Assembly: GCA_963614595.1 (NCBI GenBank)
Contig: CAVECL010000006.1
Location: 120-64,119, forward strand
Direction: 5' to 3'
From: Parasutterella excrementihominis
GTDB taxonomy: Bacteria > Bacillota_I > Bacilli_A > RFN20 > CAG-826
DNA: 64,000 nt
A model generated the notes under the pieces. It was not told the origin of the DNA, searched no databases, and saw only the letters and a program-made list of their open reading frames with translations. The position numbers were made by a program, and so were the translations under genes. Below are positions 8,189 to 17,849 of this stretch, piece after piece; the first letter of the stretch is position 1; each line of letters opens with the position of its first letter.

Positions 8189-11100
8189 ATGAAAACAAAC
8201 AAAAGCCAAAAACATCTAAGTTCTAAGAAAAAGGCCCTCCTCTTCAACTCCGGACTGTTCCTAGCCCTCTTCGGCATTACCGCAGGAACCACTTATTTGA
8301 TGATTCCAAAGAAAGGAATGGCGGAAGATGAGGACATCAGCAATGTCGATGACGGCGATAACGGCGACATCACTTTAACAGGCAAGCAACGTTTCATTTC
8401 GAACCTCACCAATAGCGCCACCTCGGGCTTGAACCTCAAGTTCGACGTTTTGGACGCCTACTTCCCAGGCAAAGACAAAGATGACACCTCCAAAGGAAAC
8501 CTCATCAATGGCAAGGGCACCCAAGTCGCATTCGCGATGGACGAGATATCTTTCCATGGCATCAGCCTCGGGCTGAAAGCCAAGCTAGATTATAATGGCT
8601 ACAAAAGGCAGCTCAGCCTCGCCAAGTGCCTTGATGATATCTATTTCGCAATCAATGATTTGGACAACGAGACCTACAACTTCAAATACAAAGCCTCAAT
8701 CGAGCCCAAAGTCACCGGCGAACGCGACGAGACGACCGGAGGCATCCTCCAATACGAATACGGCGACGTCGACTGGATCATCTCCGATGTTTTGGAGATC
8801 CTCTCGAATGGGGGCATCAAAGTCGATTTCCCCAAAATTGACTTAAACAGCTTGGGCTCCTCTTCCGATTCTTCTTCAGGCAGCTCCGATGAAGATGGCT
8901 CTAATGCCATGTCGGGCATCTTGAGTTCGCTAAACGATATGGAGGAAGACACCGCCCATTCTTACATGACTTGGAATCTTCCTCTAGGCGAAGAGACCCT
9001 CTCCATCGGTTTCACCTACGATAGCGATTATTACCTAAGCGGCATCGACTTTCCCGCGAAGACTTTCGATGGCTCCGAGCAGGGAAGCTATTCCATCAAA
9101 AACGGCGATGCCTTGGTCGGAACGATTCGCGCAAGCGCGACTGTCGAAACCGGCGCCGAAGCAATCTCCTGGACCTCCTTCATCCCCGGAGAGATCGCCG
9201 AATATCATGACATCAAGGACAGCGCCTCGCTTTTCCGCAAAGTCGCGCGTTACATCGCCAACCCCCAATTCGGCCTCAAGACCACGAACTCTTTAAACAT
9301 CAATTCCGGGAACGGCCTTGCTCTCACCCATTATAAAAAAGATGGCGACAGCGTGACTTCCGATGTCATCGAAACCGCTTCGCTCGACCTCTCCGCCTGC
9401 GCTGATTTCTCAGGCGGCCTCCAGAACTTCCTCGCGGATATCTCTTTCACCGCGGACAACGCTTCGGCCTATATCTCCGCGGCTTACCTCGAGGATAACG
9501 CTTACCTCAACATCGATGACCTTTTGATGGCCAAAGTCAGCAAAACGAATCTCGATGCCTTGTTCGCCAAGACCGTCACTTCGCTTTCTGAAGATGGCGA
9601 AGTTGAAGAAAGCGTTGAGGAAGCAAGCGCCATCACCGACTTGATTTCCACCGTCCTCGACAATTTCCCCACCATCAAAAGCTTCGCCGAAGGACATTAC
9701 GAGAAAGCTTTTGACTTTATCAAGTCCATCGACGGGACCGACAATAACCTCAGCATCACATTCGATCTAAGCCCAGTGAAGATCGATGGGGAAGTCACCG
9801 TCAGCATCGACGGCACCTACGCGGACGAAGATAATGGCGTCGACACCTATCTCAGCGGCATTACCTTCAACAGCGTTAAGCTGAGCGCTTTCCAGTTAGA
9901 TGGGACTTTATCCTTGGATGCTTATTCCCTGCCTAGCGTCGAAACAAGCAGCTATGACGAATTGATCCATCTTCCTGGCATCAAAAACCAAATCGAAGAA
10001 GTGACCTCCTCAAAAGAAGCGGCGCTCTCCTTAACGGGCAACGTCAAAACAGGGAAGATGGACGCTCTCGGCAAAGAGACCGGGGTCTCCTTCTCTGGCA
10101 ATCTCGGTTTCTCCTACGATAAGAAATCCGCCGGCGTTTCCCTAACCGCGAATCAGGTCTCCAAAAACTATTCGCAAGACCACCACTTCAAGTTCGCTCT
10201 TTCTGGTGACGGCACCGATTTCACCGAGACCGCGTTCAAATACGACTCGGTGAATGACGCTTCCATCGATAGCGAATCCGGCTTAGACAGCGAGGGCAAA
10301 GCCAGAACCAACCCTCGTTCCTCAAGCCCCGTCACCGGGAAAATGTCCATTTCTTCGATGAAAGACATCATCTCCACCGTCAAGAGCGTCATCCCCGAAG
10401 AAGAAGAGGGCGAAGCCTCCTCCTTCCAGAAGATCGCCAGTTCCATTGGCGGCCTCGTTGGAGGCGATTTGGCTGGCGACCTCATCAACAAGAAATATTC
10501 CGGCCTCTTTGAAAAGAAGATCCTCGCCGAGAAAGCAAGCCTTGGCGGAGATGAGAACAAGTTCGTTCTCAACGGCGATCTGTTCGGCTTAGACGAGAAC
10601 CCCGTCGTTACCATTTCTTACGAGGCGAACAGCGAAGACGCCAACGGCGGATTCAAGAGCCTCAACTTCGCGATGAGCAAAATGAGCATCGGGCTTGGCG
10701 TCGAAGCCACGAAGGACGTCAATGAAACCATCCTCAACCCTTTGAAGGGCGAAGACACCTCTTCCTATACGGATTTCAACACCGTGAAGACCCTCGTCGA
10801 ATACGCGACGGGATCCACGAAGCTGGGCAAGGTCGCTTCAGGCGATTCCTCCACTTATGACATCTCGCTCAACGTCGCCCTTAATATTGGCAAAACGAAG
10901 ATTAACCTCATCGGAGTGAGCCTTAACCTCGCGAGCGAAAAAGACTACGTCAAAGCCCATCTTTCCATTCCTTATATGCCGCTAATCAAAGGAGTGAACG
11001 CGCCTGATAGCTCCGTTTATTTCCGTGACCACGAATACGAAGGAAGGCGCGCCGTCGACCTCTATTATTCCTATAAAAAAGGCGATGCGAGCTACGGCGA

Positions 11101-11821
11101 TCTCTATATCACCCGCAACTCCAGCTATGGCAAAGTCACCGAAGTCAAAGACACGGTTCAGCTGACCGGCAAAGATCTCATCGAGAAGACGGGAGACGAA
11201 GGGGGAACCTATTCTTACAACGGCCTCGGTTGGCTTCTTGAATACGTTCTCGGCATCAACGAAAGCTACCTTAGGAAGGATAACGCCCCCGCAGCAGAAG
11301 AGGGAACCGTCGCCGAAGCAAGCCAAGAAGAAGGCAGCAATCTCTTTGACAACGCTTTCCCCCATCCGGAAGACTTCTTGAAACAATACCAATATGACGA
11401 GGCGAACATCTCTTGGTCGCTCGGCGTCGACGTGGGCTCCTTGCTCGATGAAAGAGCCTTGCTTGGCGACGCGATGATCTCTATTTCCGGCAAGAATGTT
11501 GCTTCCAGCGATGCCTCGACCTCCTGGAAGACTTTAAGCAACCTCAACATTAGTTTCGGCTTAGTCCTCGGCAACCCCGATGGCTCCCATCAGATTGTCC
11601 CGGCTTCCGCGGAAATCGAGCTGGCTCTCGATAATGTCTCTACAGGCGTCTACCAAAACACTTGGGAAAACGTCTCCGTGAATGACTTCACCTCCGTCGT
11701 CTCTTATGACGATAAGGGCGATGTGAGCTTTGCCTATGGCGACGATTACACGAAGCATTATAAGAAGGATGGCGATTCTTCCTTCTTGCCAGGCAACTAT
11801 TACGTTGGCGTGACCTGCTAA
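8189..11821 (+). CDS. Giant (1210 aa) N-terminally TM-anchored surface protein, unknown family; paralog of 11823..15299
   Basis: Uninterrupted 3.6-kb ORF with GAAAGGAAA upstream. N-terminal signal anchor ALLFNSGLFLALFGITAGTTYLMI. Ser/Asp/Gly/Thr/Asn-rich. Colinear with the next ORF along its full length. Confidence 0.9.
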   Translation: MKTNKSQKHLSSKKKALLFNSGLFLALFGITAGTTYLMIPKKGMAEDEDISNVDDGDNGDITLTGKQRFISNLTNSATSGLNLKFDVLDAYFPGKDKDDTSKGNLINGKGTQVAFAMDEISFHGISLGLKAKLDYNGYKRQLSLAKCLDDIYFAINDLDNETYNFKYKASIEPKVTGERDETTGGILQYEYGDVDWIISDVLEILSNGGIKVDFPKIDLNSLGSSSDSSSGSSDEDGSNAMSGILSSLNDMEEDTAHSYMTWNLPLGEETLSIGFTYDSDYYLSGIDFPAKTFDGSEQGSYSIKNGDALVGTIRASATVETGAEAISWTSFIPGEIAEYHDIKDSASLFRKVARYIANPQFGLKTTNSLNINSGNGLALTHYKKDGDSVTSDVIETASLDLSACADFSGGLQNFLADISFTADNASAYISAAYLEDNAYLNIDDLLMAKVSKTNLDALFAKTVTSLSEDGEVEESVEEASAITDLISTVLDNFPTIKSFAEGHYEKAFDFIKSIDGTDNNLSITFDLSPVKIDGEVTVSIDGTYADEDNGVDTYLSGITFNSVKLSAFQLDGTLSLDAYSLPSVETSSYDELIHLPGIKNQIEEVTSSKEAALSLTGNVKTGKMDALGKETGVSFSGNLGFSYDKKSAGVSLTANQVSKNYSQDHHFKFALSGDGTDFTETAFKYDSVNDASIDSESGLDSEGKARTNPRSSSPVTGKMSISSMKDIISTVKSVIPEEEEGEASSFQKIASSIGGLVGGDLAGDLINKKYSGLFEKKILAEKASLGGDENKFVLNGDLFGLDENPVVTISYEANSEDANGGFKSLNFAMSKMSIGLGVEATKDVNETILNPLKGEDTSSYTDFNTVKTLVEYATGSTKLGKVASGDSSTYDISLNVALNIGKTKINLIGVSLNLASEKDYVKAHLSIPYMPLIKGVNAPDSSVYFRDHEYEGRRAVDLYYSYKKGDASYGDLYITRNSSYGKVTEVKDTVQLTGKDLIEKTGDEGGTYSYNGLGWLLEYVLGINESYLRKDNAPAAEEGTVAEASQEEGSNLFDNAFPHPEDFLKQYQYDEANISWSLGVDVGSLLDERALLGDAMISISGKNVASSDASTSWKTLSNLNISFGLVLGNPDGSHQIVPASAEIELALDNVSTGVYQNTWENVSVNDFTSVVSYDDKGDVSFAYGDDYTKHYKKDGDSSFLPGNYYVGVTC

Positions 11822-11822
11822 G

Positions 11823-14800
11823 ATGCGCGGAAAAGAAAAAGCAAACAACTCTTTTTGGGAGCGGAGAAAACCCTTCGCTCCTTTGAAGCACTTGGCTCTA
11901 GTCGCTTTGGCTTTTTCTTTGTCTTCCTGCGCCTCTTCTAGCGTCGCAAAAGCGAATCGCCAAGAAAGCGAGACGGTTGAGGAAAGCCACACAAGCGAAA
12001 GCGTTGGGGCGAAACGCCTCGCGGAAAGCCTCACGAATTCCCTTACCTCCGGCTTGTCGCTCAAGCTTGACCAAATGACTTTGAAGGCGGACGAGAATAA
12101 CGTCTTCGAATTCAGCAACGGCTCTTTGTCCTTTGACTTAAAGGAGCTGTCGCTTCATGGCTTGAACATGGGCTTGCAGGCTGAGGTTGACTATAACGCC
12201 AGCGGAGGAAGGTCCATCGACGCCAGACTCGTTGATGACGAGCTTTATTTCGCTTTGGAAGCCCCAGGATCTGACGACGTCACCTATAATGTAGCCTATA
12301 AAGTTTCCACCGCTTCCTATCGCTACGGCGAAGAAAACGGCCGCGACTCCGTGACCGGAGGCATCACTCAGTACGAGTTCGGCAGGCTTGATTGGGTGTT
12401 GGAAGATATTCTCCAAATCCTTTCTTCCTTCGGCTATGAGGTAAAGCCCAACTTCAAAGACACTTCCACGATTGACTTTGGAAAAATCTCCTCTTCTTTG
12501 GATGATCTGAACGAAATCGACGCAGAAAGCCATTATTTCGTTTGGAATTTGCCAATTGGGGAGAACATTTATTCCGTCGGTCTGCAAGGCGATGAGGACT
12601 ACTATCTCTCCAAGATTGATTTTCCTGCCAAAGGCACGGGAGCATCGAACAAGCTAAGCAACGGCATGGAGCTAAGCCTCTCGGCTTGTTTTGATTATAG
12701 CGGAGCTCAAATAGCTGCCCCGGAGAACGCTTCTTCTTATCTTTCCTTAGATAACTCAATTGACCTTTGGGAGAGGATCGCCACTTATGCCGGCAAGCTT
12801 TCTTTTGACGTCTCCACAACCCACACGGAAAGCGGAAACGAAGAAGAGGGGCTGTTGCTCACGCACCATGAAGATACCGTCGAAAGCACCGCGACCACAA
12901 TCGGTCACCAAGGTTTCGACGAGAAGCTCACCTTCTCGCTGAGCGGCGGAGCCAATTTCCAAAACCAAAAAATCAACGATCTTTCAATCAATGCCGTTTT
13001 CAAAGGGGAGAAGCAAACAAAAAAGCTCGCCGGGCATTACGTTCAGGGGAAAGCCGACAAAGAAGCCTATGTCAACGTAAACAACATCCTAAAAGTAAAG
13101 ACCAGCAAAACAACCGCCGATGCTTTCTTCAGCGCTTTCGCAGATCTATTAGGCGACGAATCCATCAAAAACGAATACCTCTCTTCCCTGTTTTCTTCCA
13201 TTGGCTCCATCAGCGACGCCTTCGAAAGCGTGAAGAACAGCCTCATCGGCAAAGACATCTCCGAAAAGCATTACGAGCATTTCTTAGAGGCTTTGATTTC
13301 CCTAGAAAGCAAAGACAATCAAATCGAGGCGACTTTCGATTTCAGCAAAGCAGGGGGAGAAGGCAAACTGATTTTCCGTTTGAGCAGCAGCGATTTCGCT
13401 TTGGCTTCCCTTACTTTCGATGGCTTCTCCATCGGGGGGTTCGGAGTAGAAGGGACTTTGAAAATAAGCGATTACACAGGCTCTGCCTCCTTTGCCGAAG
13501 ACGAATACGAAGAAATGGATCATTTGCCGACTTTGACCGACCAAATCCAAAATCTATATCAGCATCATTCCATGAAGGCGAACGTTCAAGGCTATGTCCT
13601 TGACCGCGGCACAACCGCAGTCAGCAGCGATTCCCGTTTCGCTTCCATAAACGGCAAAGTCATTACCGAGCAAGGATTCAGCCTTGAAGGAAGCTTTGCT
13701 TTTAACCTGCAAGAAAAAGCGGCGCGCGCGAACGCCGTGGTTCTCGACCGCAAAGCGGATTATCTAAATGAGCACGCCATCGCGTTGCAGTTAGACGGGG
13801 AAATTGGCTCAAGCGCCGAAACAGGCGACATGCTCTTCTCTTATGATTCAAGCAACACTTTGAAAAGCGGCGGCGCCGAAGGCTACAAAGATTTGAATTA
13901 CGGAAACATCAGTGAGCCCGATGCGGAAACGCTTTATGGCAAGTTCAGCGTCTCCTCTTTGAATGACATCTTAGAGCTCGCGACGACTTTGCTCAGCTCC
14001 GACGATCCTCGCTTCACCAAATTCACCTCCGCCGCCAACACTTTGGCCACAACTCTCGTCGCTAAAATCTCCCAAGGCCAATTCGCTCCGCTCCTCAGCG
14101 AGAAAATACTCGTGAGCGTCGCTCGCACAGGCGACAAGATTTCCGCGGTTATCTCAAAGGATGTTTTAGGCAGCGAGGAAGACGTTCCTTTAAATATAGA
14201 ATTCAATGAGGATGGGATCTCCTCCATCGACTTCAATTTGATTACCGATTCTAAAGAAATTTATTTCAAAATCGATGCAGAAGTCCCTCAAACGACTCTT
14301 TCCAAAACGGATTTGCAAGTTTCTGATCTCCAATCGAAGCGGGATACGATGACGGATTTCTCTTCGCTTTCAACGTTGCTAGACTACGTCCTCGGATCTG
14401 CGACTTTAGGGGAAGATGAGAATAACGTATCAACTTATCACTTAAGCGGGACGGCAAAATTGACTATTCTTAAAGTGTTTAACAAAGACGTCCCGTTCTC
14501 GGTTTGGGTTTCACTAAACGGGGCCGAAGTGAAAATGATAGGAACGATTGAAGTTCCAATGATAGTCGGAGTGAACGGAGGAGGCGGGGCCTTTGGCGGC
14601 GGGACTCGTTACGTCGAATTCTACTTCCACACCTCTGGAGACGATTCAGACGGCACCATCTTTTTCCATCGCGTAAACCAAAAGCAAACCGCCGGAATCA
14701 CGATTGATAACATTTCAGAAGACTGGGCCAAGGTCAAGGTCAGCGATTTCAATGCAAACATCATGAACTGGATGCTGGGTTACGTGATGGGCATGGGCTC

Positions 14801-15299
14801 AACCATCATGGATCAGATTACCACGACCGATTCGTCCCAAGGGTCTTCTTTGCATGGCGAGGAGTTGATTTCCTCCTACTCTCACTCCGAGAGCGGCGGA
14901 ACGCACACTTGGGACGCGAAAATGGACCTGAGTTCCTTGTCCAGCTCTTTGACTTCGCCTTTGGAGGTCAAGATTGAGGGAAAAGAGGTTAATGTTGGCA
15001 ATGAAAAGCAAAAGACTTTGACGGCTATTAGCGGCAATGTCGGCTTGGTTTCCGTAATCACAATTTCCTTCAGCGCAACTCTAGCCAACGTCTCTACCGG
15101 GACCTATGTTTCCGTTTGGAATAGGGGATCCGGACCGTCCGAAGGCCAAATCACGCTGCGCTCGCCCAATAAGAAAAAAATCAACACAACCAATCTGCAA
15201 GCGGCCGACGCCTATGCGACCAACTATTATGATAACGGGTACGTGACGAGCGGCAATTTCGCTTCCGCCACCACTTACGTGACCTACCCCATCAGTTAA
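11823..15299 (+). CDS. Giant (1158 aa) lipoprotein, unknown family; paralog of 8189..11821
   Basis: The ATG lies 1 nt after the upstream TAA. Signal peptide with lipobox (LALVALAFSLSSC). Shared blocks with the upstream protein run from the N- to the C-terminus. Confidence 0.9.
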   Translation: MRGKEKANNSFWERRKPFAPLKHLALVALAFSLSSCASSSVAKANRQESETVEESHTSESVGAKRLAESLTNSLTSGLSLKLDQMTLKADENNVFEFSNGSLSFDLKELSLHGLNMGLQAEVDYNASGGRSIDARLVDDELYFALEAPGSDDVTYNVAYKVSTASYRYGEENGRDSVTGGITQYEFGRLDWVLEDILQILSSFGYEVKPNFKDTSTIDFGKISSSLDDLNEIDAESHYFVWNLPIGENIYSVGLQGDEDYYLSKIDFPAKGTGASNKLSNGMELSLSACFDYSGAQIAAPENASSYLSLDNSIDLWERIATYAGKLSFDVSTTHTESGNEEEGLLLTHHEDTVESTATTIGHQGFDEKLTFSLSGGANFQNQKINDLSINAVFKGEKQTKKLAGHYVQGKADKEAYVNVNNILKVKTSKTTADAFFSAFADLLGDESIKNEYLSSLFSSIGSISDAFESVKNSLIGKDISEKHYEHFLEALISLESKDNQIEATFDFSKAGGEGKLIFRLSSSDFALASLTFDGFSIGGFGVEGTLKISDYTGSASFAEDEYEEMDHLPTLTDQIQNLYQHHSMKANVQGYVLDRGTTAVSSDSRFASINGKVITEQGFSLEGSFAFNLQEKAARANAVVLDRKADYLNEHAIALQLDGEIGSSAETGDMLFSYDSSNTLKSGGAEGYKDLNYGNISEPDAETLYGKFSVSSLNDILELATTLLSSDDPRFTKFTSAANTLATTLVAKISQGQFAPLLSEKILVSVARTGDKISAVISKDVLGSEEDVPLNIEFNEDGISSIDFNLITDSKEIYFKIDAEVPQTTLSKTDLQVSDLQSKRDTMTDFSSLSTLLDYVLGSATLGEDENNVSTYHLSGTAKLTILKVFNKDVPFSVWVSLNGAEVKMIGTIEVPMIVGVNGGGGAFGGGTRYVEFYFHTSGDDSDGTIFFHRVNQKQTAGITIDNISEDWAKVKVSDFNANIMNWMLGYVMGMGSTIMDQITTTDSSQGSSLHGEELISSYSHSESGGTHTWDAKMDLSSLSSSLTSPLEVKIEGKEVNVGNEKQKTLTAISGNVGLVSVITISFSATLANVSTGTYVSVWNRGSGPSEGQITLRSPNKKKINTTNLQAADAYATNYYDNGYVTSGNFASATTYVTYPIS

Positions 15300-15307
15300 G
15301 GAAGAAT

Positions 15308-15336
15308 TTGCCCAAAGGTTTTCCCGCGCCTAAAAT
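15308..15336 (+). promoter_or_regulatory. Candidate sigma-70 promoter giving a leaderless mRNA for the XRE-membrane regulator
   Basis: TTGCCC, 17-nt spacer, TAAAAT. The -10 box ends 6 nt before the ATG at 15343. No usable SD. Confidence 0.35.
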
Positions 15337-15342
15337 AGAGGC

Positions 15343-15969
15343 ATGGAAAACCTTGCCCTAACGGTTGGAAAGAATCTCTCGGCCCTGCGCAAAGCCAAAG
15401 GCCTTACGCAGCAAGAGCTCGCTCAGCAAATCAATTACAGCGATAAATCCCTTTCCAAATGGGAGCTCGGCTATGCCTTGCCCTCTGTCGACGTTATGCT
15501 AGACATCGCTCATTTCTATGGGGTCACCATTGATTATTTGACGCAGGAGCACCTTCCGGAAGCCATTGAGCAACAAATCGCAGAAGATAAGAAGCAAGAC
15601 GTGAACGCTTCTAACAAAGCCGTTATCCTCGCGATGACTCTAACTTTTGTTTTGCTGGTCGCGATGTCGATCTTTTTCTCCTCTTATTTTATTCACGAAG
15701 GAAAAGACCTCCCCATCGGCATCTGGTCAGTCTATGTTTGGATGATTCCGATCATGTGTTTCCTTTCTGCTTGGGAGGTGCGCTGGTTCTATCATAACCG
15801 CGTCGCTTTCTGGGTTCTTGCAAGTTCTTTCCTATGGTCTCTCCTTTTAGCGTTCTGCTTCTACTTTCAATTTTTTAGGGTGCCGAGCGAGAACGTTTGG
15901 TTCATCTTGGTCGTCGGAATTCCTATACAGATCATTTTGGTTCTTCTTGCCAAATATAAGCGCGTCTAA
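15343..15969 (+). CDS. Membrane-tethered XRE-family HTH transcriptional regulator
   Basis: The N-terminus LSALRKAKGLTQQELAQQINYSDKSLSKWELGYALPSVDVMLDIAHFYGVTIDYL is a classic HTH_3/XRE domain. It is followed by four hydrophobic helices. Confidence 0.85.
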   Translation: MENLALTVGKNLSALRKAKGLTQQELAQQINYSDKSLSKWELGYALPSVDVMLDIAHFYGVTIDYLTQEHLPEAIEQQIAEDKKQDVNASNKAVILAMTLTFVLLVAMSIFFSSYFIHEGKDLPIGIWSVYVWMIPIMCFLSAWEVRWFYHNRVAFWVLASSFLWSLLLAFCFYFQFFRVPSENVWFILVVGIPIQIILVLLAKYKRV

Positions 15970-16031
15970 TCCTTGCAAGGCAAGTCTTCCTCCATTAGGC
16001 TTCTAGGTGATTTTTTCATGGAGGCAAAATC

Positions 16032-17804
16032 ATGGATGAAAAAGTTTGGGATCTAAGTCGAATCTACCCTAATCAAGAGAAATTCGACGCGGATTTAGAA
16101 AAGCTAAAAGGCATCGCCGATCAAATGGGCGGATATGCCGGCAAGCTAAGCGACGAAGAAAAGCTAAAGGAATATCTCACTCTGGAAAGGGAGATGAACG
16201 ACCTTCTCGAACACCTTTATATGTTCGCCGCGATGCAAAGCGACAAGGACAAGAAGAACGTCTCTTACACCGAGACCGAAAGCAAGGTCTTCTTGGTTTT
16301 GCAGGACATCAACGCGAAGACGAGTTTCGAATCGCCGGAGCTCATCGCCTTAGGAAAAGAGAAATTAGATGGCTTTTTGCGGAGGAATCCGGAATTCAAA
16401 GACTATTCCTTCATCTTTGAGAAACTCTTCAATAGCCAGAAATACGTTCTTTCCCCGGAGAAGGAAAAGCTTATGGCGTCCTTTTCTCCGATCGCAGGTG
16501 AAGGCGGCGAACTTTATAGCAAACTCTCCGTTGGAGACTATGTTCCCGCGAAGGCTAAGCTAAGCGATGGCAGAGAAATCGAGGTCAGCACGTCGAATTG
16601 GACCGACCTCATCAGCAAAGAGCCAAAGCAAGAAGACCGCGCGGCGATATTCGAAGCCCTATACTCCCAATTCGAAAACCACAAGAACGTCTACGGCGAA
16701 ATCTATAATCTCACCGTTCAAAATGAGCTCGCCGAGATGAAGGCTAGGGGCTATTCCTCTATTTTGTCCGAGCACCTTTCCGGAAACGCAATCCCCGAAA
16801 GCGTCTTCATGAACCTAGTGGAAGTAGCCTCCACTCACGCCGAGCCCCTTCATCGTTACTATAAGATCAGGGCCAAAGCCCTTGGCTTGGAGAAGCATCG
16901 TAGCTACGACCGTTTCATGCCTTTGGCAAAATCGGACAAGCATTATACCTACGAAGAAGCGAAGAACCTTTTCTTTGCTTCCATCTCCTCCTTCCCCCAA
17001 GACTTCCAAGACAAAGCCCACGAAGTCCTGAAACCAGGCTACGTCGACGTCTATCCATCATCAGGAAAACGCAGCGGAGCCTATAGCAATGGCGGAAGCG
17101 GCGTACACCCCTACATTCTTCTGAACTTCGTCGGCAATCTTGAAGACGTCTTCACGCTCGCTCATGAATCAGGCCACTCCATTCATACGCTTTATAGCGA
17201 GGAGAATCAGCCGAAATTAAAGCAAGGCTACGCCATCTTCGTCGCCGAGATCGCTTCAACTTTCAACGAGCATAACCTCCTCGATTATTTGCTTTCCTCC
17301 GGCGAGCTCAACAAAGACGACAAGATTGTCTTGCTTCAAAAAGCCATTGATCAGATCGTCTCGACTTTCTACCGCCAAACCTTATTCGGCCATTACGAAT
17401 ACGACATCGCGAAGCTCGCCGAAGAAGGCAAGCCAATCAACTATTCCGTCTTAAATGAAGAAATGGTGAAGCTCTACAAGACCTACTATGGCATCGACAT
17501 CACCGAAGAAAAAGTGAAGCCGATGGTCTGGGCTTACATCCCCCACCTCTTCTATACCCCCTTCTATGTCTACCAATATGCGACGAGCTTCACTTCTTCC
17601 ATGCTCATCTACGAGAAAGTGAAGAAAGGCGAGAAAAACGCCTTCGAAAACTACATCAAAATGCTCTCCGCGGGAGGCAGCGATTGGCCGATTGAAGAGG
17701 TGAAGATTGGCGGGGTTGACCTCACCACAAAAGAGCCCTTCCTCTCGGTTATCCACCGCATGGAAGAGCTCGTCGATCAGCTTGAGAGGCTGTTGGGCGA
17801 ATAA
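16032..17804 (+). CDS. pepF: Oligoendopeptidase F (M3B)
   Basis: 590 aa with the zinc motif TLAHESGHSIH and typical PepF length and N-terminal region. Confidence 0.9.
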   Translation: MDEKVWDLSRIYPNQEKFDADLEKLKGIADQMGGYAGKLSDEEKLKEYLTLEREMNDLLEHLYMFAAMQSDKDKKNVSYTETESKVFLVLQDINAKTSFESPELIALGKEKLDGFLRRNPEFKDYSFIFEKLFNSQKYVLSPEKEKLMASFSPIAGEGGELYSKLSVGDYVPAKAKLSDGREIEVSTSNWTDLISKEPKQEDRAAIFEALYSQFENHKNVYGEIYNLTVQNELAEMKARGYSSILSEHLSGNAIPESVFMNLVEVASTHAEPLHRYYKIRAKALGLEKHRSYDRFMPLAKSDKHYTYEEAKNLFFASISSFPQDFQDKAHEVLKPGYVDVYPSSGKRSGAYSNGGSGVHPYILLNFVGNLEDVFTLAHESGHSIHTLYSEENQPKLKQGYAIFVAEIASTFNEHNLLDYLLSSGELNKDDKIVLLQKAIDQIVSTFYRQTLFGHYEYDIAKLAEEGKPINYSVLNEEMVKLYKTYYGIDITEEKVKPMVWAYIPHLFYTPFYVYQYATSFTSSMLIYEKVKKGEKNAFENYIKMLSAGGSDWPIEEVKIGGVDLTTKEPFLSVIHRMEELVDQLERLLGE

Positions 17805-17810
17805 AAGAAA

Positions 17811-17849
17811 GAGGGAAAACGCGTTCGCGTCCTCCCTCTTTTTTGTTTT
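17811..17849. terminator. Bidirectional intrinsic terminator between pepF and clpB
   Basis: GAGGGAaaACGCG-tt-CGCGTccTCCCTC hairpin. TTTTTTGTTTT follows on the plus strand and a T-rich run follows on the minus strand. Confidence 0.8.
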
